A stretch of DNA of 64,000 nt from Spirochaetia bacterium (GCA_965199955.1 CBDATQ010000001.1:960001-1024000); one strand, 5' to 3'; shown: positions 48,954-60,250, numbered from the stretch's first letter. Notes: generated by a model not told the origin, from the sequence alone. Made by a program: numbers and translations.

Positions 48954-49583
48954 TTACCGCTGCTGACTCGGTGCGCTGAGCACGCCTCGCGACGCGGCCG
49001 CTTCCTGCTCGCGCAACGCGCCCCGCACGTTGAGCGCCCGCAGCAGCAGGAGCCCGACCAGCTCGTGGTGGTCGGTCCCGCAGGGGAACCGTACTTCGTC
49101 GCCTTCCACGTCGAGCTCCGCCAGCTTGCCCAGGCCGGCGGCGACCGCCGCCACCCGCCTGCGCTCGCGGGCGCCGTCCCGGTCGCCCGAGCAACGGTAA
49201 CGGCCGCCGCCCAGCCCGTCGGCGCGGATCGTCAGGTCGTTCTTCTTGTCCAGCACCCACATCTCTCGCTGCGCCGGCTCGGTGCCGGGCGCGACCTTGC
49301 ACGACTCCACGAACAGCCTCTTGAGCGCCGTCTCGTGGGCGTACCCGCAGGCAAACCGCAACGCCAGCGGATTGCCGCCGGCGCTCTCCATGCCGCCGAT
49401 CGCCTGCATCACGGCCGCCAGAAACGCCATCCGGTCGCCGGCCCCCTCACGCTTGCTGTAGCTGTGCAGCAGGTAGGTGGCGCCGTCGGCGCCGTCGGTG
49501 CGGTAGACGGCGATGCTGATGTCGTGGAAGTGCGGATCCATCGACAGCAACTCGATGCGGCGGCCCAGATCGAGGGTCTCCAT
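48954..49583 (-). CDS. hypothetical protein, first gene of the corrinoid cluster
   Basis: 209-aa ORF, co-oriented, 28 nt from the MtaA-like start; no family recognised. Confidence 0.7.
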   Translation of the reverse strand: METLDLGRRIELLSMDPHFHDISIAVYRTDGADGATYLLHSYSKREGAGDRMAFLAAVMQAIGGMESAGGNPLALRFACGYAHETALKRLFVESCKVAPGTEPAQREMWVLDKKNDLTIRADGLGGGRYRCSGDRDGARERRRVAAVAAGLGKLAELDVEGDEVRFPCGTDHHELVGLLLLRALNVRGALREQEAAASRGVLSAPSQQR

Positions 49584-49642
49584 GGCGCGCGACGATGGTA
49601 CGGCGGGGCCGACCTCGGGTCAAATGCGTTAGTATCCCCTCA

Positions 49643-51979
49643 ATGGATCGCTCTTCGAGTGAGGTTCGCTTCGCTCACCTGCGGCTGATCTGTGACTTCG
49701 GCGAGATGAGCGGGCTGTTCCTGGGCTCGCTCAGCCTGAAGGCGTTCCTGGACCGCGCGGTGCAGATGGTCGCGCGCCACATGCGCGCGGCGGTGTGCAG
49801 CATCTACATCTTCGAGGAAGAATCCGAGGAGCTGGTGCTCCGCGCGACCATCGGCCTGGAGCCGTCGCCGGTCGGCCGCGTGCGCCTGGCGCTCGGCGAA
49901 GGGATCGTCGGCGCCGCGCTCGAAGGCCGGCGGCCGATCGTGCAGCGGATCGCCTCCGAGCATCCCAGCTTCAAGCCAGTCCCCGACATCGACGAGGAGC
50001 GCTACGAGGCGTTCCTGGCGGTGCCGATCACGCGCGGCATCGCTCCCATCGGCGTGCTGGCCGTGCAGCGCGAAGCGGCCACGCCGTTCGACGAGGACGA
50101 CGCGCTGGCGCTGCGCGCGGTCGCCAGCCAGCTCGCCAACGCGCTGGAGAACGCGCGGCTGCTCATGGACGCCAGGGAAGCGGACGAGTCGGCGCGGAGC
50201 GACGGTCACCGCCGCCCGGCACGGGGCGCCCGCGGCCGCCAGGCGCGCTCCGGGGAGCGCTTCGCCGGGCAGACGGCCGCCGAAGGCCAGGCGGTGGGAC
50301 CGGCCGCGCCGTTCGACCGCGAGGGGGTCTACGAGTCGTTCGCCCAGCGTACCTATGACCGCACGTTCGGCCGGGCCGACTTCGAATCGGCGGTGCTCGC
50401 CACCGAGCACAAGCTCGAGGAGCTGCAGGCCAAGGTGGAGGACAAGCTTTCCGACGTCGCTTCGCTGATCTTCGCCGCCCACCTGCTGATCCTGAAGGAC
50501 CAGGAGTTCATCGGCCGCGTGCTGACCCGCATCGAACGGGGCGAAAGCGCCCCCGGCGCCGTGCTGCAGGTGGCCTCCTCCTACCTGCAGCGCTTCGCCG
50601 CCAGCGAGAGCGTCTACATCAAGGACAAGGTGCAGGACGTCAAGGACGTGGTGGTGCGCCTGCTCGGCAATATCGTCGGCGAGAGCTCGGCGATCGACTC
50701 CCGGCCGGGCAGCATCGTGGTGGCGCGGGAGCTGTACCCGTCGGACCTGCTGGAGCTCTCCGCCCTGGGGGCTGCCGGCGTGGTGCTGGTCACCGGCGGC
50801 GCCAGCTCGCACTTGTCGATCCTGGCCCGGTCGCTGCTGCTGCCGCTGATCATCGTCCGCGACGAACGGATGATGACCGTCACCGAGGGGAGCACCCTGC
50901 TGCTGGACGGCAACGGCGGCATGGTGCAGGTCAATCCCGACGAGGCTGACCTGCAGATCTTCCACGATCAGCGGGCGATCCTGGAGCGCTCGGAGCGTCA
51001 GGCGCCGGGGCAGCCGGTCACCAGGACGATCGACGGCACCGGCATCCGCGTCCTGGCGAACGTGAACCTGCTCAGCGACGTGGAGCTCGCCACCGATCTG
51101 GGCGCCGACGGCATCGGCCTGTACCGCAGCGAGTTCCCGTTCATCGTGCGCAGCGACTTCCCGACGGAGGAGGAGCAGCTCGCGGTGTACACGCAGTTGC
51201 TGGCGCGGTTCCGGGGACGCGAGGTCAACCTGCGGACGCTCGACATGGGCGGCGACAAGGTCCTGTCCTACTTCTCCGACGACACCCGCGAAGCCAATCC
51301 GTTCCTGGGCATGCGCTCGATCCGCTTCTCGCTGCGCAACCCGGACATCTTCCGGCAGCAGGTGCGGGCGATGCTGCGCGCCGGCGTGGGCCGCACCATC
51401 CGCATCATGTTCCCGATGGTGTCGGCCCTGGACGAGTTCCTGCACGGCCGCAGGATCACCCTGGACTGCGTGCAGGAACTGCAGGACGAGGGCGTCGAGT
51501 GCGATCTGCCTGCCATCGGCATGATGGTCGAGGTTCCGTCGGTGCTGCCGATCATCGATGCCTTCGCGGCGGAGGCCGACTTCCTGTCGATCGGCAGCAA
51601 CGACCTGATCCAGTACCTGATCGCGGTCGACCGCACCAACGAGAAGGTGGCCGACCTCTACCGCCCCTACCACCCGGCGGTGCTGCGCTCGCTGCACCTG
51701 GTGGCCGAGAGCGCCGTAGAGCATGGCACCGAACTGTCGGTGTGCGGCGACATGGCGCACCAGGCCGAGTACATCCCGTTTCTGATCGGCATCGGCGTGC
51801 GCACGCTGAGCGTGGAGCCGACGTACCTGCCGCGGGTGCGGGCGCTGGTGGCCGGCATCGAGCTGCAGGAGGCGGAGGCGGAAGCGGACGCGATGCTCGC
51901 CTGCACCACGCTGACCGACGTCGAGGAAGTGATGGGCGAACGCCTGTGGGCGCGCCGCGAAGTCGGCGAGCTGTTGTAG
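49643..51979 (+). CDS. ptsP: GAF-containing PEP-protein phosphotransferase (Enzyme I-Ntr type)
   Basis: N-terminal GAF; SHLSILARS phospho-His; GLYRSEF; RTLDMGGDK; EANPFLGMR; SIGSNDL. Confidence 0.9.
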   Translation: MDRSSSEVRFAHLRLICDFGEMSGLFLGSLSLKAFLDRAVQMVARHMRAAVCSIYIFEEESEELVLRATIGLEPSPVGRVRLALGEGIVGAALEGRRPIVQRIASEHPSFKPVPDIDEERYEAFLAVPITRGIAPIGVLAVQREAATPFDEDDALALRAVASQLANALENARLLMDAREADESARSDGHRRPARGARGRQARSGERFAGQTAAEGQAVGPAAPFDREGVYESFAQRTYDRTFGRADFESAVLATEHKLEELQAKVEDKLSDVASLIFAAHLLILKDQEFIGRVLTRIERGESAPGAVLQVASSYLQRFAASESVYIKDKVQDVKDVVVRLLGNIVGESSAIDSRPGSIVVARELYPSDLLELSALGAAGVVLVTGGASSHLSILARSLLLPLIIVRDERMMTVTEGSTLLLDGNGGMVQVNPDEADLQIFHDQRAILERSERQAPGQPVTRTIDGTGIRVLANVNLLSDVELATDLGADGIGLYRSEFPFIVRSDFPTEEEQLAVYTQLLARFRGREVNLRTLDMGGDKVLSYFSDDTREANPFLGMRSIRFSLRNPDIFRQQVRAMLRAGVGRTIRIMFPMVSALDEFLHGRRITLDCVQELQDEGVECDLPAIGMMVEVPSVLPIIDAFAAEADFLSIGSNDLIQYLIAVDRTNEKVADLYRPYHPAVLRSLHLVAESAVEHGTELSVCGDMAHQAEYIPFLIGIGVRTLSVEPTYLPRVRALVAGIELQEAEAEADAMLACTTLTDVEEVMGERLWARREVGELL

Positions 51980-52000
51980 GAGCGGTCCGCGGGCCGGAGC

Positions 52001-52075
52001 TCAGTCGTCCAGCGGCACCACGCCTTCGCGGATCGCGGTACGGGCGATCTCAGCCTCTGGATGATGTCTAGACGC
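52001..52075 (-). pseudogene. possible C-terminal remnant of a NarL/LuxR regulator
   Basis: Hand translation: RLDI / shift / EAEIARTAIREGVVPLDD*, resembling the LuxR-HTH end (KLxxxxRxELxxxAIxxGL). Confidence 0.35.
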
Positions 52076-52122
52076 CCGGATGTTGCTATTGTCTCCCCAT
52101 CAGCCGGACGGGGAGGAGCGCG

Positions 52123-52419
52123 ATGAATCTCGACATCCAGGGCGTGCACATGCCGGTGGCGAAGGATACCCGAGAGTACCTGGAGAAGAAGCTCCACCGG
52201 CTCCGTCACGTGGACGATCAGATCGTGGACCTGCGCGTGACGCTCACCGCCGATCACGGCTCGATCCTGTTCGGGGCGAACCTGCACCTGCGCTGGGGTA
52301 GCGACCTGCACGTGGAAATCGAGGCGTACGACGAGCACGAGGGGGTCGACCTGCTCATCGACAAGCTGGAGTCCGCTGCGACCAAGGACAAGGAGCGGAT
52401 CCAGGAGAAGCGGAGGTAG
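52123..52419 (+). CDS. hpf: ribosome hibernation factor HPF/RaiA (short form)
   Basis: MNLDIQGVHM..REYLEKKL..VDLLIDKLE..KDKER; GGAGG RBS. Confidence 0.85.
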   Translation: MNLDIQGVHMPVAKDTREYLEKKLHRLRHVDDQIVDLRVTLTADHGSILFGANLHLRWGSDLHVEIEAYDEHEGVDLLIDKLESAATKDKERIQEKRR

Positions 52420-52423
52420 AACG

Positions 52424-53146
52424 ATGGGTGTCATCACGATTTCGCGGCAGCTCGGATCCGGTGCTGCCGACATCGTCGAGCAGGTGGCCGGACAGCTCCG
52501 CTACGACGTGGTCGACAAGCAGATCATCAGCGAGGTGGCGCGCGCTACCGGCGTTCCCGAGGAACGCGTGAGCGAGGTCGACGAGCAGGATGAGACCGGG
52601 CTGCGCGGCATCCTGGAGCGCTGGTTCGAGGCGGCGGCCGCCACGGGCGCCTATCGGGCTTCGGGTTTCGGGGATGTGGCGATCCCGCCGGGGGCGCTGA
52701 TCGACGAGCTGGGCGAGACCACGCACGTGCTGGACCGCGAGGTCTACCACGAGGTCGTGCGCCAGGCGATCATGAAACTCGCCGAGCGCGGCGACGTGAT
52801 CATCGTCGGCCGCGGCAGCATGATGGTCCTGCAGGACGTGCCCGGCGTGCTGCGGGTGCGCATCACCGCCTCCGAGAAGTCGCGCGCGGAACGGGCGGGG
52901 GCGCTGGAGGGACTCGGCGCCCGCGAGGCGCTGCAGCTTGTCCGTGACAGCGACCGGCGGCGGTCGGCATTCATCTCCCGCAACTATCACGCCGATTGGG
53001 ACGACGCGTCGCTCTACCACCTGGTGGTCAACACCGAGATTGTCCCGTCGTCGACGGCGTCAAAGGTAATCGCGGCTGCCGCCAAGGACCTTGCCAAACC
53101 GCAGGCGGGCGCCGCCCGCATTCGCAAGCGCTGGTTCCGACGCTGA
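52424..53146 (+). CDS. cytidylate kinase-like family protein
   Basis: ITISRQLGSG, VIIVGRG, DRRR..YHLVVNT. Confidence 0.85.
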   Translation: MGVITISRQLGSGAADIVEQVAGQLRYDVVDKQIISEVARATGVPEERVSEVDEQDETGLRGILERWFEAAAATGAYRASGFGDVAIPPGALIDELGETTHVLDREVYHEVVRQAIMKLAERGDVIIVGRGSMMVLQDVPGVLRVRITASEKSRAERAGALEGLGAREALQLVRDSDRRRSAFISRNYHADWDDASLYHLVVNTEIVPSSTASKVIAAAAKDLAKPQAGAARIRKRWFRR

Positions 53147-53186
53147 ACGCTGCTCCCGCAGGGGAGCGGCCGTCCCCCGGGATCGG

Positions 53187-54164
53187 TCAGTTCACGATGT
53201 TGCGGGGCGTTCCGGCCAGGAAGGCGCGGACGTTCTCCGCCGTTCGGGTGATCAGGTTCTGCCGCGCCTCGCGCGTGGACCAGGCCGAGTGCGGGGTGAT
53301 CAGGGCGTTGCGCGCGGTGAGCAACGGGTTGCCGTCGCTCGGTGGCTCGCTAGTGAGCACGTCGAAGCCGGCGCCGGCCAGCCGGCCCTGATTCAGCGCC
53401 TCGGCCAGTGCGTGCTCGTCGACGATGCCGCCGCGCGCGGTGTTGATCAGCAGCGCCGACGGCTTCATCAGTGCGATCGCTTCGCTGTCGATCAGGTTGC
53501 GCGTGGCGTCGTTGAGCGGGGTGTGCACGGTGACGACGTCCGCTTCGCGCAGCAACTCGTCTACCGGCGTGTTGGGGTAGGCGCCGTCGGCAATGCCCAG
53601 GGCGTCGTGGGCGATCACGCGCATGCCGAATCCCTCCGCGATGCGCGCCACGCCGCGTCCGATCGTCCCGAAGCCGATGATGCCGATCGCCTTGCCGTGC
53701 AGCTCGAAGGTCGGGTAACGCAGCAGCGTGAAGCCGTCCGCGGCCTCCCAGTCGCCGGACGCCACGTCGGCGGCGTAGCGGAACGCCTGCGTGGCCAGGT
53801 TCAGGACCAGCGCGAATGCATGCTGCGGGACCGTGTTCTCGGCGTAGCCCGGGACGTTGCAGACCGGGATGCCGCGCGCGGACGCCGCCTGCACGTCGAC
53901 GTTGTCGTAGCCGGTCGCCGCCGCCGCCACCAGGCGCAGGTCGCGGCCGGCCTCGATCGCGGCGGCGGTCACCTTGGCCTTGTTGGTGATCAGCACGTTG
54001 GCATCGCGCCCGCGCTCCACGCCCTCGTCCGGGGTGGAGTTGGCGTAGTGCACGTAGTCGCCCTGAGAGGAGATGCCGCTGAAGTCGACATCGCCGTCGA
54101 GCGAGTACATCGCATCGTCCAGGAACACGATGCGAACCGTATCGCCGCGTACCCGGTCAGCCAC
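53187..54164 (-). CDS. D-2-hydroxyacid dehydrogenase (glycerate dehydrogenase-like)
   Basis: ATGYDNVD, GFGTIG, INTARG, DVLTSEPP, TPHSAW. Confidence 0.9.
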   Translation of the reverse strand: MADRVRGDTVRIVFLDDAMYSLDGDVDFSGISSQGDYVHYANSTPDEGVERGRDANVLITNKAKVTAAAIEAGRDLRLVAAAATGYDNVDVQAASARGIPVCNVPGYAENTVPQHAFALVLNLATQAFRYAADVASGDWEAADGFTLLRYPTFELHGKAIGIIGFGTIGRGVARIAEGFGMRVIAHDALGIADGAYPNTPVDELLREADVVTVHTPLNDATRNLIDSEAIALMKPSALLINTARGGIVDEHALAEALNQGRLAGAGFDVLTSEPPSDGNPLLTARNALITPHSAWSTREARQNLITRTAENVRAFLAGTPRNIVN

Positions 54165-55149
54165 GGGCGGCCTTCGCTCGACCGCGGTCGAGTGCCTCCG
54201 GGTTGACCACGACGAGGGGCGGCCGCTCGCCGTCCAGGACCGTGGCCATTCCCTCCGCCATCACCTCCGCCATGCGGTCCATCGCTCCTTGGGTCATCGC
54301 CATGGCGTGCGGGGCGGTGAGCACCGCCGGATGGCGGAAGATCGGGTGATCGAAGTCGGGCGGCTCGGGCTCGAACACGTCGAGCGCGGCGCCGGCCAGC
54401 GGCCCGTCCTCGATCCCGGCGAGCACCGCGTCCAGGCTCTCCACCACGCCGCCGCGCGCCAGGTTGATCAGGAAGGAGCCCGGCTTCATGGCCGCGATCC
54501 GCGTGCGGTCGATCATGCCGCGGGTCTCGGCAGTGAGCGCCGTGTGCAGGCAGACGGTGTCGGAACGCTTGAGGAGCGCGTCGAGATCCACCAGCTCGAC
54601 GCTGAGCGCCTTCGCGGCGGCCGGATCGCCGTACGGGTCGTGGGCCAGGAGCGTGACTCCGAACGGCCCGAGCAATCGGGCGAGCGCCTGGCCGATGTTG
54701 CCGAAGCCGACGATGCCGACCGTCAGTCCGGCGATGTCGCAGGCCAGGAACTGCTCTCGTGACGCCCAGTTGCGGGCCTTCATCTGCTCGTCCCAATAGG
54801 GGATCCGCTTGTTCAGCGCCAGCAGGTAGGCCACCGAGGCCTCGGCCACGGTAGCTGCGTTGGCGCCGGGCGTGGTGATGAGCGCCACGCCACACTCGGT
54901 GGCGGCCTCCACGTCCACGGAGTCGTAGCCTACCCCGGTGCGGCCGATCACGCGCAGCCCGGCGGCGCGGCGGATCAGGTCGCCGGGCGCGCCGGAGGAG
55001 CCGCGCAGGATGAGCCCGATGACGTCGTCGTCGACTGCCGCATCCAGCGTAGCCTGCTCGTTGTCGGCGGTGACCTCGATGGGTCCGTGTGGTGCCAGGA
55101 TCCGGTGCGTCACCTCCGGAACCTCCCCGCTGGCGATGAATCTGCGCAT
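54157..55149 (-). CDS. D-2-hydroxyacid dehydrogenase (SerA-like)
   Basis: GVGYDSVD, GFGNIG, INLARG, DVFEPEP, APH. Confidence 0.9.
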   Translation of the reverse strand: MRRFIASGEVPEVTHRILAPHGPIEVTADNEQATLDAAVDDDVIGLILRGSSGAPGDLIRRAAGLRVIGRTGVGYDSVDVEAATECGVALITTPGANAATVAEASVAYLLALNKRIPYWDEQMKARNWASREQFLACDIAGLTVGIVGFGNIGQALARLLGPFGVTLLAHDPYGDPAAAKALSVELVDLDALLKRSDTVCLHTALTAETRGMIDRTRIAAMKPGSFLINLARGGVVESLDAVLAGIEDGPLAGAALDVFEPEPPDFDHPIFRHPAVLTAPHAMAMTQGAMDRMAEVMAEGMATVLDGERPPLVVVNPEALDRGRAKAARG

Positions 55150-55151
55150 GA

Positions 55152-55928
55152 TCAGTTCCCTCCGGCCTTGCGGTAGGGCGCGAGCGCGGCGAACGCAGCC
55201 TTCGCGCCGCCTGCCACGTAGCTGCCGTCGGAGCCGAGCGCGATGAAGGTATAGCCGCGCTCGATGGCCGGCGCGACCTGGTCCGGCGTCTGCAGCAGGA
55301 TGCCGGCCGCCTTGCCCGCCGCGCGGGCGCCGTCCGAGACCCGGTCGAGCGCGCCGGTGAAATCGGGATGGTCGAACTGTTGCGGGATGCCCAGGCTGAA
55401 GCTCAGGTCGTTGGGGCCGACGAACAGCACGTCGGCGCCGTCGACTGCGGCGATCTCGCGCGCGGCGTTCACGCCCTCGGCTGTCTCGATCTGCAGGACG
55501 GTGAGCAGCCCGTCGTCGGAGCCGGCGCGATAGGAGGCAAAGTCGGCCCCGAAGCGGGTGGCCCGCACCGACGAGGCGACGCCGCGGATCCCTGCCGGCG
55601 GGTAGCGCATGGCCGCGACCGCCGCGGCGGCCTCCTCCGGCGACTGCACGTACGGCACCATGATGCCGTCGGCGCCGGCGTCGAGCGCGCGCTTGAACCG
55701 CGGCGCCTCGTTCCAGGCGACCCGCACCACCGCCGCCACGGGGGTGCCGGCGGCGACCTGGAGCTGCCGGTACAGGGTCTCCAGGTCCCCGGCGCCGTGC
55801 TCGATGTCGAGCACCAGAAAGTCGAAGCCGGCGTGACCGGCGATCTCGACGGAGACCGTCGAGCCCATAGTGCAGAAGCAGCCGGCGAGCACCTCGCGGG
55901 CGATCACCCGATCCTGAATGAATGTCAT
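55152..55928 (-). CDS. HpcH/HpaI aldolase family
   Basis: LDIEHG, RYPPAGIRG, QIET, FVGPNDL. Confidence 0.9.
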   Translation of the reverse strand: MTFIQDRVIAREVLAGCFCTMGSTVSVEIAGHAGFDFLVLDIEHGAGDLETLYRQLQVAAGTPVAAVVRVAWNEAPRFKRALDAGADGIMVPYVQSPEEAAAAVAAMRYPPAGIRGVASSVRATRFGADFASYRAGSDDGLLTVLQIETAEGVNAAREIAAVDGADVLFVGPNDLSFSLGIPQQFDHPDFTGALDRVSDGARAAGKAAGILLQTPDQVAPAIERGYTFIALGSDGSYVAGGAKAAFAALAPYRKAGGN

Positions 55929-55951
55929 CGCGCGCGATCTTACAGGAATGG

Positions 55952-56911
55952 TCAGCGGCGACCAGCGGCGGGCCGCTCCGGCCGGTTGACCACGGCGATG
56001 CCCACGGCGACCAGGATGCCGCCGGCGATCAGGGCGGGGCCGACCGGCTCGCCGACCAGCAGGCGGCTGCCGGCAAGGCCGGCCAGCGGCTGCAGGAAGA
56101 ACAGCACCGACAGCCTGCTCGGGCTGTAGCGGTGCAGCACCGAGAACCACGACAGGAAGCAGAAGCCGGCCACCACCAGCCCCACGTAGCCCAGCGCGAC
56201 CGCCGAGCGCGTGCTCAGCGGCGCGGCGAACGGGTCCTCGAAAATCAGCGCCAGCGCCGCGTAGGGCGGCAGGCTCAGCGTCATCATCCAGAACAGCAAC
56301 TGCAGCGCGTCCACCCGCCCGGAAAACCGCTTGGCGCACACCGTGCGCAGCGCCAGCCCGATCGAGCTTCCGAGCAGCACCAGGTCGCCGAGGGCCGTGG
56401 CGCCGGAGGCGATGTCGCGGCCGATGAAGGTCACCGCCACACCGCCGCAGGCGACGACGATGCCGGCGACCACCGGCAGCGTCAGCCGGTCGCCGGGCAC
56501 CAGCAGGTGGGCGAGCAGGGCGGTGAAGAACGGAAACGCGCTCATGATGATCGTCGAGTGGGCGGCCGAGGTGTGGTGGGTGCCCACCGTCAGCGTGATC
56601 GTCTGCACGACGAACAGCGCCGCGAACGCCGCGATCCATCCCAGCTGGGACCGCGGCACCGACAGCGAGTGGCCGCGCAGCAACGCCCAACCGCCGACCA
56701 GCAGCCAGCCGAGCGCGAACCGCAGGGTGGAGAGCGTGATCGGCGGCAGCGACTCCAGCCCGATCTTCAACCCGACCGAGTTGCCGCCCCACAGCAGCGC
56801 CAGCACGGCCACGAAGGCAAGGGCGCTTGCCGGCGGGTGTTCGTTCCGCGCGGCCGCAGGCGTATCATTGGCTCGGGAGGCAACCCCTCCGGAGGTAGCA
56901 CGGTGGCTCAC
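55952..56911 (-). CDS. DMT/EamA transporter
   Basis: LLWGGN, LRF, two 5-TM repeats, LLVGEP; start uncertain. Confidence 0.85.
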   Translation of the reverse strand: MSHRATSGGVASRANDTPAAARNEHPPASALAFVAVLALLWGGNSVGLKIGLESLPPITLSTLRFALGWLLVGGWALLRGHSLSVPRSQLGWIAAFAALFVVQTITLTVGTHHTSAAHSTIIMSAFPFFTALLAHLLVPGDRLTLPVVAGIVVACGGVAVTFIGRDIASGATALGDLVLLGSSIGLALRTVCAKRFSGRVDALQLLFWMMTLSLPPYAALALIFEDPFAAPLSTRSAVALGYVGLVVAGFCFLSWFSVLHRYSPSRLSVLFFLQPLAGLAGSRLLVGEPVGPALIAGGILVAVGIAVVNRPERPAAGRR

Positions 56912-58075
56912 GAGCGCAGCACGGACCCGATCATCGCGACGCTTCAGGAGGAGGTGGCGATCCCGAGCGTCAATCCGGGACTACCCGGCGGCACCGACGG
57001 GGAGTGCGGCATGGCCGATTACCTGACCCGCTTCTTCGCGGATGCCGGAATCGCGTGCGAGCGGTGGGACGCGCTTCCGGGGCGGCCCAACGTGGTCGCC
57101 ACGCTGCCGGGACGGGACCCGAGCCGGGCCGTCCTGTTCGAGTGCCACATGGATACCGCCACCGCCGAGGGCATGACGATAGATCCCTTCCAGCCGGTCG
57201 TAAAGGACGGCAAGGTGTTCGGCCGCGGCTCCGCCGACACCAAGGCCGGCGGGGTGGCGATGCTGCACGCCATGCTGCGCATCGCCCGCTCCGGCGAGCC
57301 GCCGCCGGTCAGCGTGATGTACGCCGGCGTGGTGGACGAGGAGTACCGCATGCGGGGCGCCGCTGCGCTGGCGGACGCGCTGCCGGCGTGCGGCACGCGC
57401 GTCGTGGCGGCCGTGGTCGCCGAGCCGACCGAGCTGCGCATCGTCCGCGCGCACAAGGGGATCATCCGCGCCGTGATCGACGTGCACGGCACCGCCGCGC
57501 ACAGCTCAAAGCCGCACCTCGGCGCCAGCGCGATCAGCGCCGCGGCGCGGCTGATCACGGCGTTCGACGAGGAGGTCGGGGCCGGCTTCGCCGCGCTCGA
57601 CGACGGCATCACCGGCGTGCCGACCCACAACGTCGGCACCATCCACGGCGGCCTGCAGGTCAACTTCGTGCCGGCCGAGTGCCGGATGGAGCTCGACCGC
57701 CGGATCCTGCCGAGCGAGGACTTCGCCGCCGTGCTGGACCCGTACCGGGCGATCGCCGAGCGGATCGCAGGCGAACATCGGGGCATCAAGATCGACGTGA
57801 CCGAAGACCTGGCGATCGAGCCGATGGAAACCCCGGCCGATGCCGCAATCGTGTCCACCGCCACCGCCGCCGTGCGCGCGGTCACCGGTCACGCGTCCGT
57901 CGACGGCGAGCCGTACGGCACCGACGCGGCCAAGCTCAGCGCCGCCGGTATCCCCTCGATCGTCCTCGGCCCCGGCAGCATCGACCAGGCACACGCCGCC
58001 GTGGAGTGGATCGAGTGCGCCCAGGTGCTGCAGGCCGTCGAGGTCTACCACCGCATCATGACCACGGGCTCCTGA
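56903..58075 (+). CDS. M20 family metallohydrolase (ArgE/DapE-like)
   Basis: IPSVNP, CHMDT, GRGSADTK, DEE, AEPT, YGTDA, GPGSIDQAH; GGAGG before GTG. Confidence 0.9.
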   Translation: MAHERSTDPIIATLQEEVAIPSVNPGLPGGTDGECGMADYLTRFFADAGIACERWDALPGRPNVVATLPGRDPSRAVLFECHMDTATAEGMTIDPFQPVVKDGKVFGRGSADTKAGGVAMLHAMLRIARSGEPPPVSVMYAGVVDEEYRMRGAAALADALPACGTRVVAAVVAEPTELRIVRAHKGIIRAVIDVHGTAAHSSKPHLGASAISAAARLITAFDEEVGAGFAALDDGITGVPTHNVGTIHGGLQVNFVPAECRMELDRRILPSEDFAAVLDPYRAIAERIAGEHRGIKIDVTEDLAIEPMETPADAAIVSTATAAVRAVTGHASVDGEPYGTDAAKLSAAGIPSIVLGPGSIDQAHAAVEWIECAQVLQAVEVYHRIMTTGS

Positions 58076-58100
58076 CGCTCGGAGCCGCCGTGGCGGACGG

Positions 58101-59197
<1,097 letters not shown>

Positions 59198-59201
<4 letters not shown>

Positions 59202-60250
59202 GGCAGGCGCTCCTCCACCGGCCGCGCCGCCTCGCCGTACAGGAAGCAGCGCACCTGGTGGGTCTCGTCGAGCGGGGTCAGCGCCGGCTCCGCCTCGGTG
59301 CAGCGCGCCATGGCGTGCGGGCAACGCTCCGCGAAGCGGCAGCCGGAGATCCGCCGGCGCGGATCGGGGAGGTGCCCGGGAATGGCGCGCAGCGGCTCCC
59401 GCGAGGCCGGGCCGGTCAGCACGGGCACCGAGGCCAGCAGCCCCTGCGTGTAGGGATGCTGCGGCTTCTTGAAGATCGTGCGCACCGGCGCCGACTCGAC
59501 CACCACGCCGGCGTACATCACCACGACGCGGTCGACGAAGCCGGCCACCACCGCCAAGTCGTGGGTGATGAAGATGATCGAGGTGTGCACGCGCTCCTTC
59601 AGCGACCGCATCAGCCGCAGGATCTGCGCCTGGATGGTGACGTCCAGCGCCGTGGTCGGCTCGTCCGCGATCAGCAGCGCCGGCTCGCAGGCCAGCGCGA
59701 TGGCAATCATCGCCCGCTGCCGGAGTCCCCCGGAGAGCTGGAACGGGTAGTCGCGGACCCGCGAGTCCGGGTCGGACATGCCGACCAGGCCAAGCAGCCT
59801 CACCGCCTCCTGTCGCGCCTGGGCCCGGTCCATGCCGCGGTGCAGGGTCAGGGCCTCGCCGATCTGGTCGCCGATCGAGTAGACGGGGTTCAGGGAGGTC
59901 ATCGGCTCCTGGAAGATCATGGAGATGTCGTTGCCGCGCACGGCGCGCATCTCGCGGTCGCTCAGGCCGGTCAGCTCGCGTCCGCGCAGGCGGATCGAGC
60001 CGCGCTCGATGCGGCCGGGCGGTTGCGGGATGAGCCGCATCACCGCCAGCGAGGTGACCGACTTGCCGCAGCCGGACTCGCCGACCAAGCCCAGCGTCTC
60101 CCCCTCGTCCACGTGCAGGTCGACCCCGTCCACGGCGCGCACCACGTGGTCGTGCAGGTGGAAGCAGACCTGCAGGTCCCGGACGTCCAGGACCGCGTCG
60201 GCGCCACCCGCCGTGTCGCTCACCCCTCGGGTGTGATTCGCTTCGCTCAT
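59198..60250 (-). CDS. peptide ABC transporter ATP-binding protein (OppD-like)
   Basis: [34 protein letters not shown]. Confidence 0.9.
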
